Positions 37,016 through 48,940 of a stretch of 64,000 nt of DNA are shown piece after piece. The translations under genes and the position numbers were made by a program. The stretch comes from Antedon mediterranea (lineage: Eukaryota > Animalia > Echinodermata). Each line of letters opens with the position of its first letter. Position 1 is the stretch's first letter. The stretch lies in NCBI RefSeq assembly GCF_964355755.1, contig NC_092671.1, forward strand, positions 620,001 to 684,000, given 5' to 3'. The notes beneath the pieces were generated by a model that saw only the letters and a program-made list of their open reading frames with translations, was not told the DNA's origin and ran no database searches.

Positions 37016-37029
37016 TCGGGAATTCCCGA
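37016..37029. promoter_or_regulatory. Perfect palindromic NF-kB (kB) site upstream of TRANK1
   Basis: GGGAATTCCC at 37018-37027 within the 14-bp palindrome tcgggaattcccga, about 330 bp upstream of the predicted ATG. Function is inferred. Confidence 0.55.
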
Positions 37030-37121
37030 TTTCTAAACAATCCGAGGTCAAGCTGGTGGTGTCACATACTTTTGGGCAATTCCATTTCAGATAGGGATGT
37101 TAAAACTGAAATAAATTAAAG

Positions 37122-38207
37122 GGGTGTCACGAAACCTAAGACCACGAAAGCTAAGAACCCCTAAGACCTAAGATCACGAAAGCTAAGACCCAAGACCTAA
37201 GATTACAAATTTATCTTTCGTACCTGCCTTGTTTTTAACTCCCAACATTTATTCTGAATACCACACCTTAGAATTGGTACTTTCATGAAAAAGAATCACA
37301 TAAAAAGTAACAAATACATTTTTAAATTGATGATTTTACAGACGTTTTTCTCGCACACAAAATGACTAGCCTACAGTACAGTAGGCCTACCCCATGTTCA
37401 ATGTTTTTGTTTCTATGGAACGTCAAAAGAGCAAACATTATATAGAGGGCTGAAAACTCTGTGGAGTCCATCTACAGTGTGGATGGAACAATGTAAAATT
37501 AAAATTGTAATGATAATAGTATAATCATGCAAGTACGAGGAAATAAATACTGGCAAATAAATTTTAATTAAAAAATCATGATAAGTTTTTTTTTTGTTTC
37601 GTTTTCTTTCTGTTTTTATACTTGTACTATTATTGTTGCTCTTTTGGCGCTCCATAGAAACAAAAACATTGAGCATGGGGAGCTCGAGGAGTTACATTAC
37701 AGGATACAAAGTCTCAAAGAAACACATCTGTAAAATCATAAATTTAAAGGATTTCTTTATTTGTTATTATGTGTTTCTCCTTCTGAAAGTACTTACCGTA
37801 TAAGTCCTAATTTTAAAGTGTGGTGTTCAGGATAAAGTTAGTCAACAAATTTGGAGTCAAAATACAAGAAAGGCAGGTGCGTAAGAAAAACATCCTCTGA
37901 ACCAACACAATGGAGTAAATATATACAAACAAACACCCCGTCAAGTTTGTTTGTTGTAAAGAAAAAATATACATTTACTCAACGGGCGAAAATAATGTGA
38001 GTTTATCTATGTTTTGCGGTGGTATTAAATTATATTTATGGTAATAAATGAAACCTACTGTGTTTAAAATCATGTATGGATAAACAAGTATTGTTTTTAA
38101 GCTGTAGTATATCTTAGAATTTGTAATCTTAGGTCTTGGGTCTTAGCTTTCGTGATCTTAGGTCTTAGGGGGTCTTAGCTTTCGTGGTCTTAGGTTTCGT
38201 GACACCC
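37122..38207. mobile_element. Non-autonomous Mutator-like/foldback DNA transposon (1086 bp)
   Basis: ~90-bp near-perfect TIRs (gggtgtcacgaaacctaagacc... / ...ggtcttaggtttcgtgacaccc) built of ctaagac subrepeats, plus further imperfect inner inverted arms. 10-bp TSD taaattaaag at 37112-37121 and 38208-38217. Confidence 0.9.
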
Positions 38208-38747
38208 TAAATTAAAGCTCAGGTACAGGCATGAATTTTAAATATAATATCTGGTTAATTGTACATAAATCAAATATTTGTAACAGAAAAATACATGAAT
38301 TTCCCTTAATATGGTCAAATACAAATTTTGGCAAAATTCTGCCATATTAAAAACCAGGAAGACTTTTTTCAGTAGTTAGGTAGTTTAACCTAATGTAATA
38401 ACATGTCTGGTGACTCCCTACAAGGTGAAAAAGATGGTTGGATATACGGTGGATAATTTTTGCTATAGCATGAAAATAAAAATCTGAAGTTGAATAAAAA
38501 TACCAGAAACGTAAAATTCAAATTATATTACCTATATTAAGTCATTTTTTGCCACACCGTTTATTTTTTATAGCTTTTTAAAATTGGTATGTATGATCAA
38601 TAGAAATGTTTTGACCGCACCTGGCCTTTAAAAAGCATTAAAAAATAGAACTACAGTAAAAGCAAAAGAACAATTCTAACTAAAATTAAATTATAAACTA
38701 CTTTTTGATATCTATTTTTCGATTGTGTCGAATAAATAAATAAAAAT

Positions 38748-38791
38748 ATCACATTTTTTTGTCACATAAAGTTTGATAGTGTAGACAAAGC
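38748..38791. mobile_element. MITE family B right-end fragment
   Basis: atcacatttttttgtcacataaagtttgatagtgtagacaaagc matches the end of the 45052-45195 copy. Confidence 0.65.
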
Positions 38792-41123
38792 ACTACAACA
38801 AATAAAAAGTTCACACAAAATATTTCAAAATAAGTTTTATTGCTTCTTAATTGAAGGATTTATACTGTACATTATACACTTTTCATAAATGAAAAATGTT
38901 TTCAAATCTACATTTCATACCCACAACACTTACAATTTACTTAAACCCAATCCCAAAATGTACAGCCTTAAAATAATTGTTTTGTTTACAAGGCCCACAT
39001 GTCAACAACGGTATTTGTGTACAACATTCAAAATGTTAAGTATCAATGGACTGCTGCCCTTTAGGCCGCCCTTAATGAGATAGATATGGTAGAGTAGTGT
39101 TTAACTCAAATCTGGTGCAGATGGGGAATGTGAGATAAAAGTAAATTATACACAAATCATTTCATTTCTTACACATACCAACACCCTAACAAAATCTATA
39201 AAAATAAATCATTAATCAATTAATGTGCTGACTGAATAGAATACTGTATCATTGAAATTAAATTATGCAAATCATTTTATTTTTCATGTGGCAGTGACAA
39301 TAATAAAAACAGGATGACTAAAAAAAAAATAATGATGAATTTTGGAGACATTCAGGTAAACCTAGCAGGTTATACCAATGCGTACAAACTAAGTTTACAC
39401 TCACAATATTGAGAAGTAATCTTTCTAAATAAACCGTACCACCAATATTCACAATTCTAATTGAAGATAAGTAATGTTATCTTTTTAATAACATTTTAAT
39501 AACATAAAATGTTTGTTCAATACTCATACTGGGCGTTACTGATCGTCTGCACCTAGTTTGACTATCTTTGAGGTCAAAGGGTCAAGTCACCAACAAGATA
39601 TCACTATGAGAAATTGACCTTTGACCTTAACCCTAATTATTCTGTTGCCTATCAAGATGGATATATTGACTGAACAGAATAAAATTCTATTGCACATAAT
39701 TATAGTAAAAGCATTATAAATTCAAATACTAAATAAGTTCACATGCATGCTAATTTACATAATAAATGAGTGAATAAATAGAGAAATAATGATAGGAATA
39801 ATAAAAGAAATACCGTCAATTTACATAATAATATATTATGCTAAACAAACTGGTTAATTGAATACAAAACAATACTATACTGAGGGAAGATAAAACAATG
39901 CTTTTTATGTACTATTCAAAATTATTGCTATTTAATATTAATTGTATTTAATTGTTAGATTAATTACGAATAATATAATTAACTGAACAAGTTATTGTGT
40001 AGTTTTCAATCAATAGATATAGTATAATATAATATCTTACTTTTTATCAGTATTTACAAAATTTAAATGACTAGCTATCTACATTTACAAGTTGGATACC
40101 AACATTCATAATCATGATTTTAAAGTTTTAAATATCTATTTTTAAGTAATCAATAAATATATTAAAACATGTCTGAGGCACTTGAGGAAACTCAGGTTAT
40201 TTTACTAAAATTTAGAGGAATTAGAAAAAATGATTTTAAACACCTTTAATATTTCTTAAATATTGAAATAGGAAATGATGACTAAATTTGTGCAAAATAC
40301 AAGTAGTTTACAGATGTTTTGAGCGCAGAGTGACACAGAATTGACTTCAGCAGAAAATTAGGGGAAAATTAGGCGCCCATAGGAGGTTTCTCGTTTATGT
40401 AATCTTCAGTCGATATAGGACCATTTTGCAGTATTTTAAACAAACCGTGTCTAGATTCTAGGCATCGGAAATTATTTATGATTTGTAAAAACATTGTATT
40501 CATCTGTTTTGTATGTTAATTTGGGAATTAAACACAAAGCGTTTTAAAAACTCCAAATTGTACATTTTAAAAGTCTATGAGACATACCAAATGCACACAT
40601 TTAAAGTATTAGTGTTCAAGAGATGTCTTAACTGTAACATCTAAATTTCAGAATCAAAAACTTTTCATTTTACTACAACCTTAAGTTTTGTTCTATCACA
40701 ATGCACATAATTGATCTTTTAGAATTAGTAAAGTACATAATTTTAATCCAAATTTTTCTCTATTTATAGCCAAAATGTATTTTCATATGCACCTATTTTA
40801 TCATCTTTGGCATCCTGAGGAACAAGATATAATCTTTGGCTGATTGTACTCAATAATAATAGTCAATAAAGAACTATAAATGTGTACCAGACATATCCTG
40901 AAATCCAAATTTCATAGAACATTAATTTATCCAAAAGTATTTTTAACAAAATCTAATTTTATTCTGAAATTTTAAATTACAAATATCAGCAAATGGTTTT
41001 ACTTTCTGACGGTAATAAAACAAAATAATTATTTTATGCGGATTTAGGTGAATTTACCAAATTTGGACTCAATAGCATTCTTTTGCCACTATACACAACT
41101 GCTTAAGCTGTTCAAAAAACAAT

Positions 41124-44100
41124 TCAATTACGACGTCGTTCATTTGCCACTACGCATAACCGCTTAAGCTGTTCAAAAAATACAAACATGCAGATGTTCC
41201 ATGAGCCAAGTCGGATGAAATTTGGAGTGAACCTGCAAGACAAAAGTTACATAATGATTAACTTTAATTACTAATATTTATGTGCTATCTCTTCCCTGCT
41301 CTAACTAGTATAGTTGCAATATTACTGTTAGAGGAAGAACTGAACACACATACCCTTTGTAGAATGCAATTGGTCCACCTTCTTTGAACATTGTCAGAGC
41401 ACAGTCTATAACACCTTTGTATTTGCCTTGTCCAGAGTTCATGAACCTTGTCTTGACAACATCAACAGGTGATGCTACACAAGTAGTAATAAATCCAGCA
41501 CCAAAGGCAGACATAAAGTGGCAGGGGAATTGGTCTTGCAGAAGATTTCTTTTAAGGATTTGCTCTTTTATCATATCATAAGCCACCAACTCACTGGCAT
41601 TAACAACAGCATTACGAGTTATATTAGGCAGTGTACCTGTAACAAAAATGAAATAAGATTAATTATTCAATATTGTTTAAAGGTTTACTCGGCGAATAAA
41701 CACTGAAAAAGTTAAGTTTTTAATATATCATGTGTTCAAAGTTATGCATAGCGTATAAATGAATAGTAAAGTAAGGTGTGCGGTATTCTAAATCATAATC
41801 ATGTGTTTCATAAAAAGGAACAAAGTTGAAAACTTTACTTCTGTGAAAAGTTTTTTAGACATAACTGTCAATTGAAACATAATATGTATTGAATCTGCTA
41901 TCTATCACAACCAATTGAAAGACAGTACCTTTCCATAGACCACGTAGTCCTTCCTCTAAAAAGATTTTCCTGTATGCTTGTAATGCACCAGTGTAACGCT
42001 TCACTGCTTTGGCATCCGAGTTATTCTGAGCCTGCATGCGGACTTTTACTACATCTGTAGGTTGTGCACAGACCACGGCACATCCCCCGGTTGTGACACC
42101 GGCAGCAATACGTATCAATACATTCGTCTTACCACCAGCAGCATCTAAACAAATGACATATAAATAATAATATGTAAATATCATTCATAGAATTAGCATA
42201 TTATTATAAACAAAAATTATATGCATTTAATTGTCTGATTACTGTTTTAAACAATGATTGATTTCACATTAATTGTTTTTTTAAAAGCAAGTCAATGGCT
42301 ACCACCAGATGTTTTTAGAAGACGGTTATTTATAAAAAAGCAATAGACAGACTGGTTAGATAGGACGTAGGAGCTGGTAGAAGGAAGAAAGAAATTGTAT
42401 TTTGATCGTTAAAATGGAAATTGGTGCATTATCAAAAAGAAGGCCCCATGTTAACATTTTTTAAGCCACTGTATTTTTACTGAAGTAAATTTTCTGTAAA
42501 AAATCACACAAACAGTACTAGTAAAATTAATTGTACATCCCAATACCAAACCATTACATATTTAGCTATAACCTCTATTGTGACCAATGACATTGTATGG
42601 TTTGAACATTCTAAGATCAGTTAAACATCTTTGACAACCAAGAACATATTGAAGCTTGTAACCTCAATCAAAACAATCCACAATTGTTGTTATTATACTA
42701 TTGGCCATAGTCACTTATTTAAACATTTAACACTTTTAACATTGTGAAAACATGGAGTTTAAGACCAATTCAATAATACAGAACCATGTAGGCCTAAGAC
42801 TTCAAGCATTAAAATATGAAATGAAAATATGTTAGAGAATTCAACAAATATAATTCTTCAATGTAAAGAGGAAATGGAATCCATTGGGAGGTTTTGTAAT
42901 TGTTGCTATCATGTGTTTGATAGATGTCCAAATTGACTTTCACAATTTTACTTGTGAATAAATGTTGGTCTAAAACATTTCAATATGTCTTCCATGCATT
43001 AGTAAATCTGCATGCAGTACATTTCTTTATTATTGCCAAATAGTAATACTTTCTTGCCTACTGTACCTCGTCCAATACCAAAATATCATTAGTGCTACAT
43101 GATACATTTAACAAAATCACTGTATGCATGAATGGTTATGCATTATAATAACATCATTTCTAGACGTCACAATAAAGCACAATCAGTATACAAATTAAGC
43201 AGTGTGCCCCTGGGATCTTCTTCCATTATCGATACTGACTTGGTTTGCACTTTTCAATACTGTAGGTTGTTACCAAAGAAATAGGTTTAATATGGTGGGT
43301 TGATAAGAAGAAATAGAAGAACAGTTGATAGAAATAATGTTTGTGAAACCCATGAAAATTGCAGTTCTATAAATGCATGTGCCAATAAAATAAGTTTTGA
43401 TATATATTATCTGGGCTAGTCAGCCCATTATCTTCTGTGTCCAGTGTTTACTGAACACTTACCACCAGGTTCACTTAGGACACAGTATACTTTAAAATGA
43501 TATTTAATAAGTTGAGGAACCATTAGAGGTAAAATCTGACATACAGTACAATAGTTCTGAACTGAATACATTATATTTCCATCAGTTGAATATAATTAAA
43601 TTACCAATCAACCTAAAAACCATAAGTTAGTCATGGAGACATTATGATTTAATCAATGAGTTGTCTATGAAATAGAGCAGCAAATTAAATTTCATCTACA
43701 AAAATGTTATTCTATAATTAAAATTGCCAAATAAGGTATCATTATTAGCCGTTAGTTTGTGCATTAAAAAAAGTGTCAGGTGATGACAATGAAAATATTG
43801 AAACCTGTTCAGCACCTGTGTAGAATTGTTTGACAGAATCATAGAGTCCAATACGAACAGAGGCAAAGCAGGCTTGCCTCTGGAGGCCTGCGACCAGACC
43901 ATTGTACATGCCACGGGCACCTTCTTGCCTTACGATCGTCACCAAAGTGCCATACACGCCCCGGTATTGAAACTGTGCCCGTTGCTCACTCAGAGCTGCG
44001 ATGGACAAACTGCTGATTCTCGTGCCTTCTCCTTGGATCTGAAATGAGCGCGCTCAGTTGGTATCCACACAGTACAGTTGCATTTTATATTTAAAACAAT

Positions 44101-44648
44101 TGTTAACACTACCAAATGATAATATATTATGGTGTTACAGTATTAAGTTAAAATTTAAACTAAAATAATAATATAATCTTATGTATTGTATCAACTGGAA
44201 TCTGTGTATTTCTGGATTTCTGGGGCAGATCCAGGAAGGGGCAAATTTAAAATGAAATTATGAACTCCTCCTTGATAGCTTTGATAATTTATGTTAGCTC
44301 CCCCTGTTTAAAAATATTCTGGATACACTCCTGATTTATAACAGAATTAAGCATTTTTCAAATACTTATACTCTGTTGCTTTTAAATACTGGTATAAATA
44401 CAGGTATACTGGTTGAAAAATGTTGGTTTAAGATACCAGTATGATTGATATAATGGAATTTAAATGAATCTACACATATTAATCTTATTTGATCAACAAA
44501 AATAATATTTATTTACCTGTAGTCTGACTTTAGCGGTATCTAAAGGGAACGTAATAAGGTCTGCCATACACGCTGCTGTACCAGCACTTACGAATTTCAT
44601 ACCAATGGTTGGTTCTACTTGAGTTGGTTTCAGTCCTATATTGCCCAT
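41124..44648 (-). CDS. UCP2: Mitochondrial uncoupling protein, UCP2/UCP3-like (SLC25), ~320 aa, 5 coding exons
   Basis: Exons 44648-44517, 44038-43816 (donor uncertain), 42144-41929, 41636-41354 and 41232-41124. Three carrier signatures [16 protein letters not shown] and [11 protein letters not shown]-type motifs [38 protein letters not shown] and RLGSWNI. Probably co-orthologous to vertebrate UCP1-3. Confidence 0.93.
44220..44333. mobile_element. Degenerate hAT-like MITE
   Basis: Imperfect inverted ends ctggggcagatccag ... ctggatacactcctg. No clear TSD. Confidence 0.35.
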
Positions 44649-45051
44649 ATTGATTATACCTCTTTAACTTGATACAAGATGAAATATATTTATCACACAG
44701 CTGATTCTGAAAGAATATGAACATAAACACGTTATTTATGATATGCATGAATTAAACAGTATGTCTCAGGATGATTAATGGAACTACCATGGGAACACAG
44801 CAGTAGTAAAGTACAAACATTATGTTATTTTCAAGGTCTTAATATTTGAAGAACTATTTCTACAATAAGATAAACTAAAAGCATATTCACAGTGTGATTT
44901 ATTATCACAAAAATTAAGCATATGCAAAACTAAGAGGCATGATGTCTCACAAAGATTTGAATCTTAATTTATATTTAAAGCAAGCAAATAAAATTGCAAA
45001 AGTTTTTCACACATAAATAACCACTAATGAGCAATACCTGCATTTGTGTAA

Positions 45052-45195
45052 AGCTCTGTCTACACTATCAAACTTTATAACGTGCCCATATATGGACATG
45101 ATGATGTCATATCACTACCATATTCAGGCATATCACTACCAATTGGACACATCACACTTTTTTGTCACATAAAGTTTGATAGTATAGACAGACCT
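45052..45195. mobile_element. MITE family B
   Basis: taa|agctctgtctacactatcaaactt ... aagtttgatagtatagacagacct|tta. Confidence 0.85.
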
Positions 45196-45710
45196 TTAAA
45201 GAGATGCTAGACTGTTTATATTATAATATAAATTTCCAAATTAAATTTGGAAGTTTCTACTCCAAATACATTTGATTTAAATGAAAATAACCGGAAGAAT
45301 AATAATTACATCCAGATGTAAATCATGACATTTGGAAGATATTGGATCAGATTTAGCAAGTTGCAACAAAGTTAAAACATATTGTACATAATTACATTGG
45401 TACAGAATGGAATCAGCTTTTTTATTTTAGTTAAATTATACCGTAGTACAAATCATATGTAGCATCCAGATAACCAGAAAATAATATAGTACCAAAAAAA
45501 AAATCAGTGCATTAATATCAATGTAATATTAATGCATATTGAAGTGTATTTTTAGTGAATTATTCAGCTGACATTACAGAATAAAATGAAATTTGTTTTT
45601 ATCAGCTTGTTAATGTTACATATTCTGGTAACTGTACTTACTTTTTTTTTATAATTTAAACAAAAATCCGGCAAGAAAATAAGTCAATAAAATAAATATC
45701 ACAAATATTG

Positions 45711-45803
45711 TTAAAAATGTTCAGATTTTCTTTCCCTAAAATTTCTTTCTGGTTGATGACGATGACAAGAAACACATAAACCACAGCCAAGGTCCTTGTC
45801 CAT
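45711..45803 (-). promoter_or_regulatory. Candidate upstream ORF (30 aa, MDKDLGCGLCVSCHRHQPERNFRERKSEHF) in a 5'-UTR exon of the UCP gene
   Basis: Lies in a predicted exon with acceptor ttttttttccag|45836 or ttcaccag|45822 and donor |gtaagt after 45642. The next acceptor ttctttcag|44706 precedes the UCP ATG. Confidence 0.6.
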
Positions 45804-46478
45804 TGGATGTTAGGTAAACACACTGGTGAAAAAAATCTGGAAAAAAAATGGACTAAGTTCAAATTAATGAAAAAGTAATTAAAAAAACTCCCAAAACACT
45901 GTTTCAACTCTATAAATCTACCTACCAATTTATTATCTACTACTATGCATCACTGACTGCTCTTGGGTAGGTTGATTCTAAAAGATATGCTGTACACTTT
46001 TAGCATTTATTCGCAAACTACCCTTAGAATTCATCAGCCAGTAACTCTACAGACTTGTTTGTACAGTACATACATTTTACACAATTTTTATAGTAGTTAA
46101 TATCACATATAATATTATAGAATAGAATGAAAACACTACCAGTAAATTACAGAACTACAAACTGCTGGTACACTGTATTCTAAGTTGATTGTTTGGTACA
46201 TATGTTGGACAATTGTGCAGATTATTGGAAATGTGTTTTAAATGTACAGTATGTGTGCCTTTATCGACTTAGAATGAAATAATGAAGGTAATCATGTTCA
46301 GACAATGACCTAGACATAAACTCCATTTGGGATTCTCAAATTTCAAACTATTAGATTATTATTAATATTTTTTTTTTAATCTCTGGTTAAAATGTCTTTA
46401 AAACAGGAAAATGGAAACTAAAAATTCAATTTAGTTATGTTTATTTTCTATAATGAACCAAAGAAATGAAAGATTGAA

Positions 46479-46766
46479 TTACATATACAGGGCAGTACTG
46501 TATGTTACATATACAGGGCAGTACTGTATGTTACATATACAGGGCAGTACTGTATGTTACATATACAGGGCAGTACTGTATGTTACATATACAGGGCAGT
46601 ACTGTATGTTACACATACAGGGCAGTACTGTATGTTACATATACAGGGCAGTACTGTATGTTACATATACAGGGCAGTACTGTATGTTACATATACAGGG
46701 CAGTACTGTATGTTACATATACAGGGCAGTACTGTATGTTACATATACAGGGCAGTACTGTATGTT
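46479..46766. repeat. 26-bp minisatellite x11
   Basis: Unit ttacatatacagggcagtactgtatg, nearly invariant. Confidence 0.97.
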
Positions 46767-47169
46767 CAAATAAAAAGAAAAACAAAATTCTCTAATATTG
46801 ATGATAAACTACTTTAAACGGTAGAATACTCTGTATTAATTTATAAGAATGCCTCAAATAATGGACTAGCAATATAAATTGCGAAAATGTCAGAAGAATG
46901 TCAATATAAATTGAAATGTTAATTTGTTACAGTGCACTAGATTACCGCAATCAATAATTGTAATGAATTTACATCTAAATCAAGGCAAACTTGTAACATA
47001 CCAATATTCTATGCTACGTGTTTGAAAATAATGTAATGCATTCCTTCTCAAAATAGAATTTTGTAAAACCATGTAAAATAATGAAGATGTTTAGATTCCT
47101 TATAAATCATCCAAAATAATAACAATTACTAGGCTGAGGGTCCATTATACGTTTGATGATAATGATATT

Positions 47170-47285
47170 TATAAAACAAATTCTGAAACAAAGTGAGGAA
47201 AGCCATCATGATTCAATATTTCAAACCTTATTTGTTCATCTTCAGGAATAGCTTGCCTCACTTTTTTTTCGGAGTTTGTTTTATA
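47170..47285. mobile_element. Small inverted-repeat element (MITE family C); a half copy lies at ~54273-54308
   Basis: tataaaacaaattctgaaacaaagtgaggaaagc ... gcttgcctcacttttttttcggagtttgttttata. Confidence 0.5.
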
Positions 47286-47617
47286 TAACTAATTAATTGT
47301 AATTTATGAAAAATAAAAAAATACATTATTTACAAAGACCTTTTTAACATTTTTTTTTTATTTGGATGCTTCATTTTACTGAATCAGCATCAAGACCTAA
47401 GATAATATTGACTCTATCTTCAAAGTACAAAATACAATGAAAAAGGTCATCAACTGGCCACAACAAACAAAATAGTTATTAACAGGTCAATGACTATTAC
47501 TATTGTTAATAATAACCTTGACTTTATTTTATCTAGCAAAGCAAAATATTTCTGTATATGTAGGCCTATGCTGCAAATAAATAAACATGCTAATTATATG
47601 AAGTACAGTTTGAGTTT

Positions 47618-48312
47618 GGGTATGTTCAGACTCACGGAGTTACGGTGGAGTTATCTACGCAAGGCGTACGGTAATTATCTGTGGCGTTAAAAGTCAAGGT
47701 GTTCAGACACAACGATCAACATTCCAATGCCTTGCGTTTAAAACACTCTGATCAGGTCAAAGCAGATAGAACTATATGTATACATTCATGACAATGCATG
47801 AAAGTTTACATAGTTTACATTGTTTTTTTTATTTTTATTTATATAATGTTTACCTTCAAATATACTGATTTGTTCTTACTACTTGTAGAATTGCATTTTA
47901 ATTCAAAATAATTTAAAACGTAATTTTTACATGGACAATTATCTGATTGATTGATTTAATTTATGAAAATATCATATTATAGGCCTAATTACTGACGCTA
48001 ACTTTACTGTTATTTAAAATCTGAACCTGAAAATACATTTGACATAGCTATTTCGCTGTCGTATCATAGGGTACGGGTATGTAGTTGCTTTCTGCTAATC
48101 GTGGTCGTGTATTTTCATTGGTTAAGGTTAAAATCACTGATGCATCACTGGATTAGCGTTATGAAATCTACCCTCTCCCGCTCTAGAGTTATTAACGCCA
48201 CTGGCGCGGAGTAACAGCTTCCCAACGCTAATCCGCGGCATGGTTCAGATACAAAAATATGTACGCCGCTTACATAACTCCACCGTAACTCTGTGAGTGA
48301 GTCAACATACCC
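47618..48312. mobile_element. Non-autonomous TIR DNA transposon (~695 bp, possibly Harbinger-like)
   Basis: ~40-bp TIRs gggtatgttcagactcacggagttacggtggagttat / ataactccaccgtaactctgtgagtgagtcaacataccc. TSD not clean. Confidence 0.75.
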
Positions 48313-48722
48313 TAGGCTTTGATGCATAATTAATAATACTATTTGTGATTTGTGACTGGCTAATTAGTAAAACAACACACACTTAAATTATTTTGTAGAC
48401 GGCTAAGACTACGCACTCTTCTTCTTCTGCTGCTGAGCTAAGCTAACTAAAGCCTACCAAATGAATGTTACCAGGCTAGCCTACACAGTAGGCCTAGGCT
48501 AGGGCCTCAGCCCTAGTAGGCCTACTAGGCCTAGGCCTAGTCCTACTAGCTTGGCCTATTTAGGAGGGCATAGAAATAGCTAGCTAGTAGGCCTAGGGCC
48601 TAGGCCTATACTAATAGATGACTTTGTGGTAGAGTACTAATCTATATAGCTTTCTTTAATCACTACAGCAAAAAAATAAAGCTATAAATCACAAATGCGA
48701 CATAAAACAACAAAGAACTAAC

Positions 48723-48940
48723 CTCCTGTCCTTCTCGATTGCTGATACGGAAACTGCTTTAATTTAACATCGCAAGGGTTTCTAATCATCAGCTGATTGT
48801 CAGAAAATGCTCGGCCTAACGGAATCAACCAATCAGAATATTGGGACGAGAGGTGTGTCTCAAAGGTTGGCCAATCGGTGTTACGCAATGAGGCGAGCCT
48901 CCACGTCACTGACCTGCGAGAAGCAATGATGCAACATGAC
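48723..48940 (-). promoter_or_regulatory. Probable first non-coding exon and promoter of the UCP gene
   Basis: Donor GGAG|gttagt at 48723 in a CpG-rich patch. CCAAT boxes at 48829 and 48871, TTACGCAA at 48881, CCACGTCA at 48901 and TGATGCAA at 48927. Confidence 0.5.

Noticed and set aside
46453-46817. Three overlapping repetitive ORFs
   Set aside because: Translations of the 26-bp minisatellite.
48871-48905. ERSE element (CCAAT-N9-CCACG)
   Set aside because: Spacing is 25 nt, not 9.
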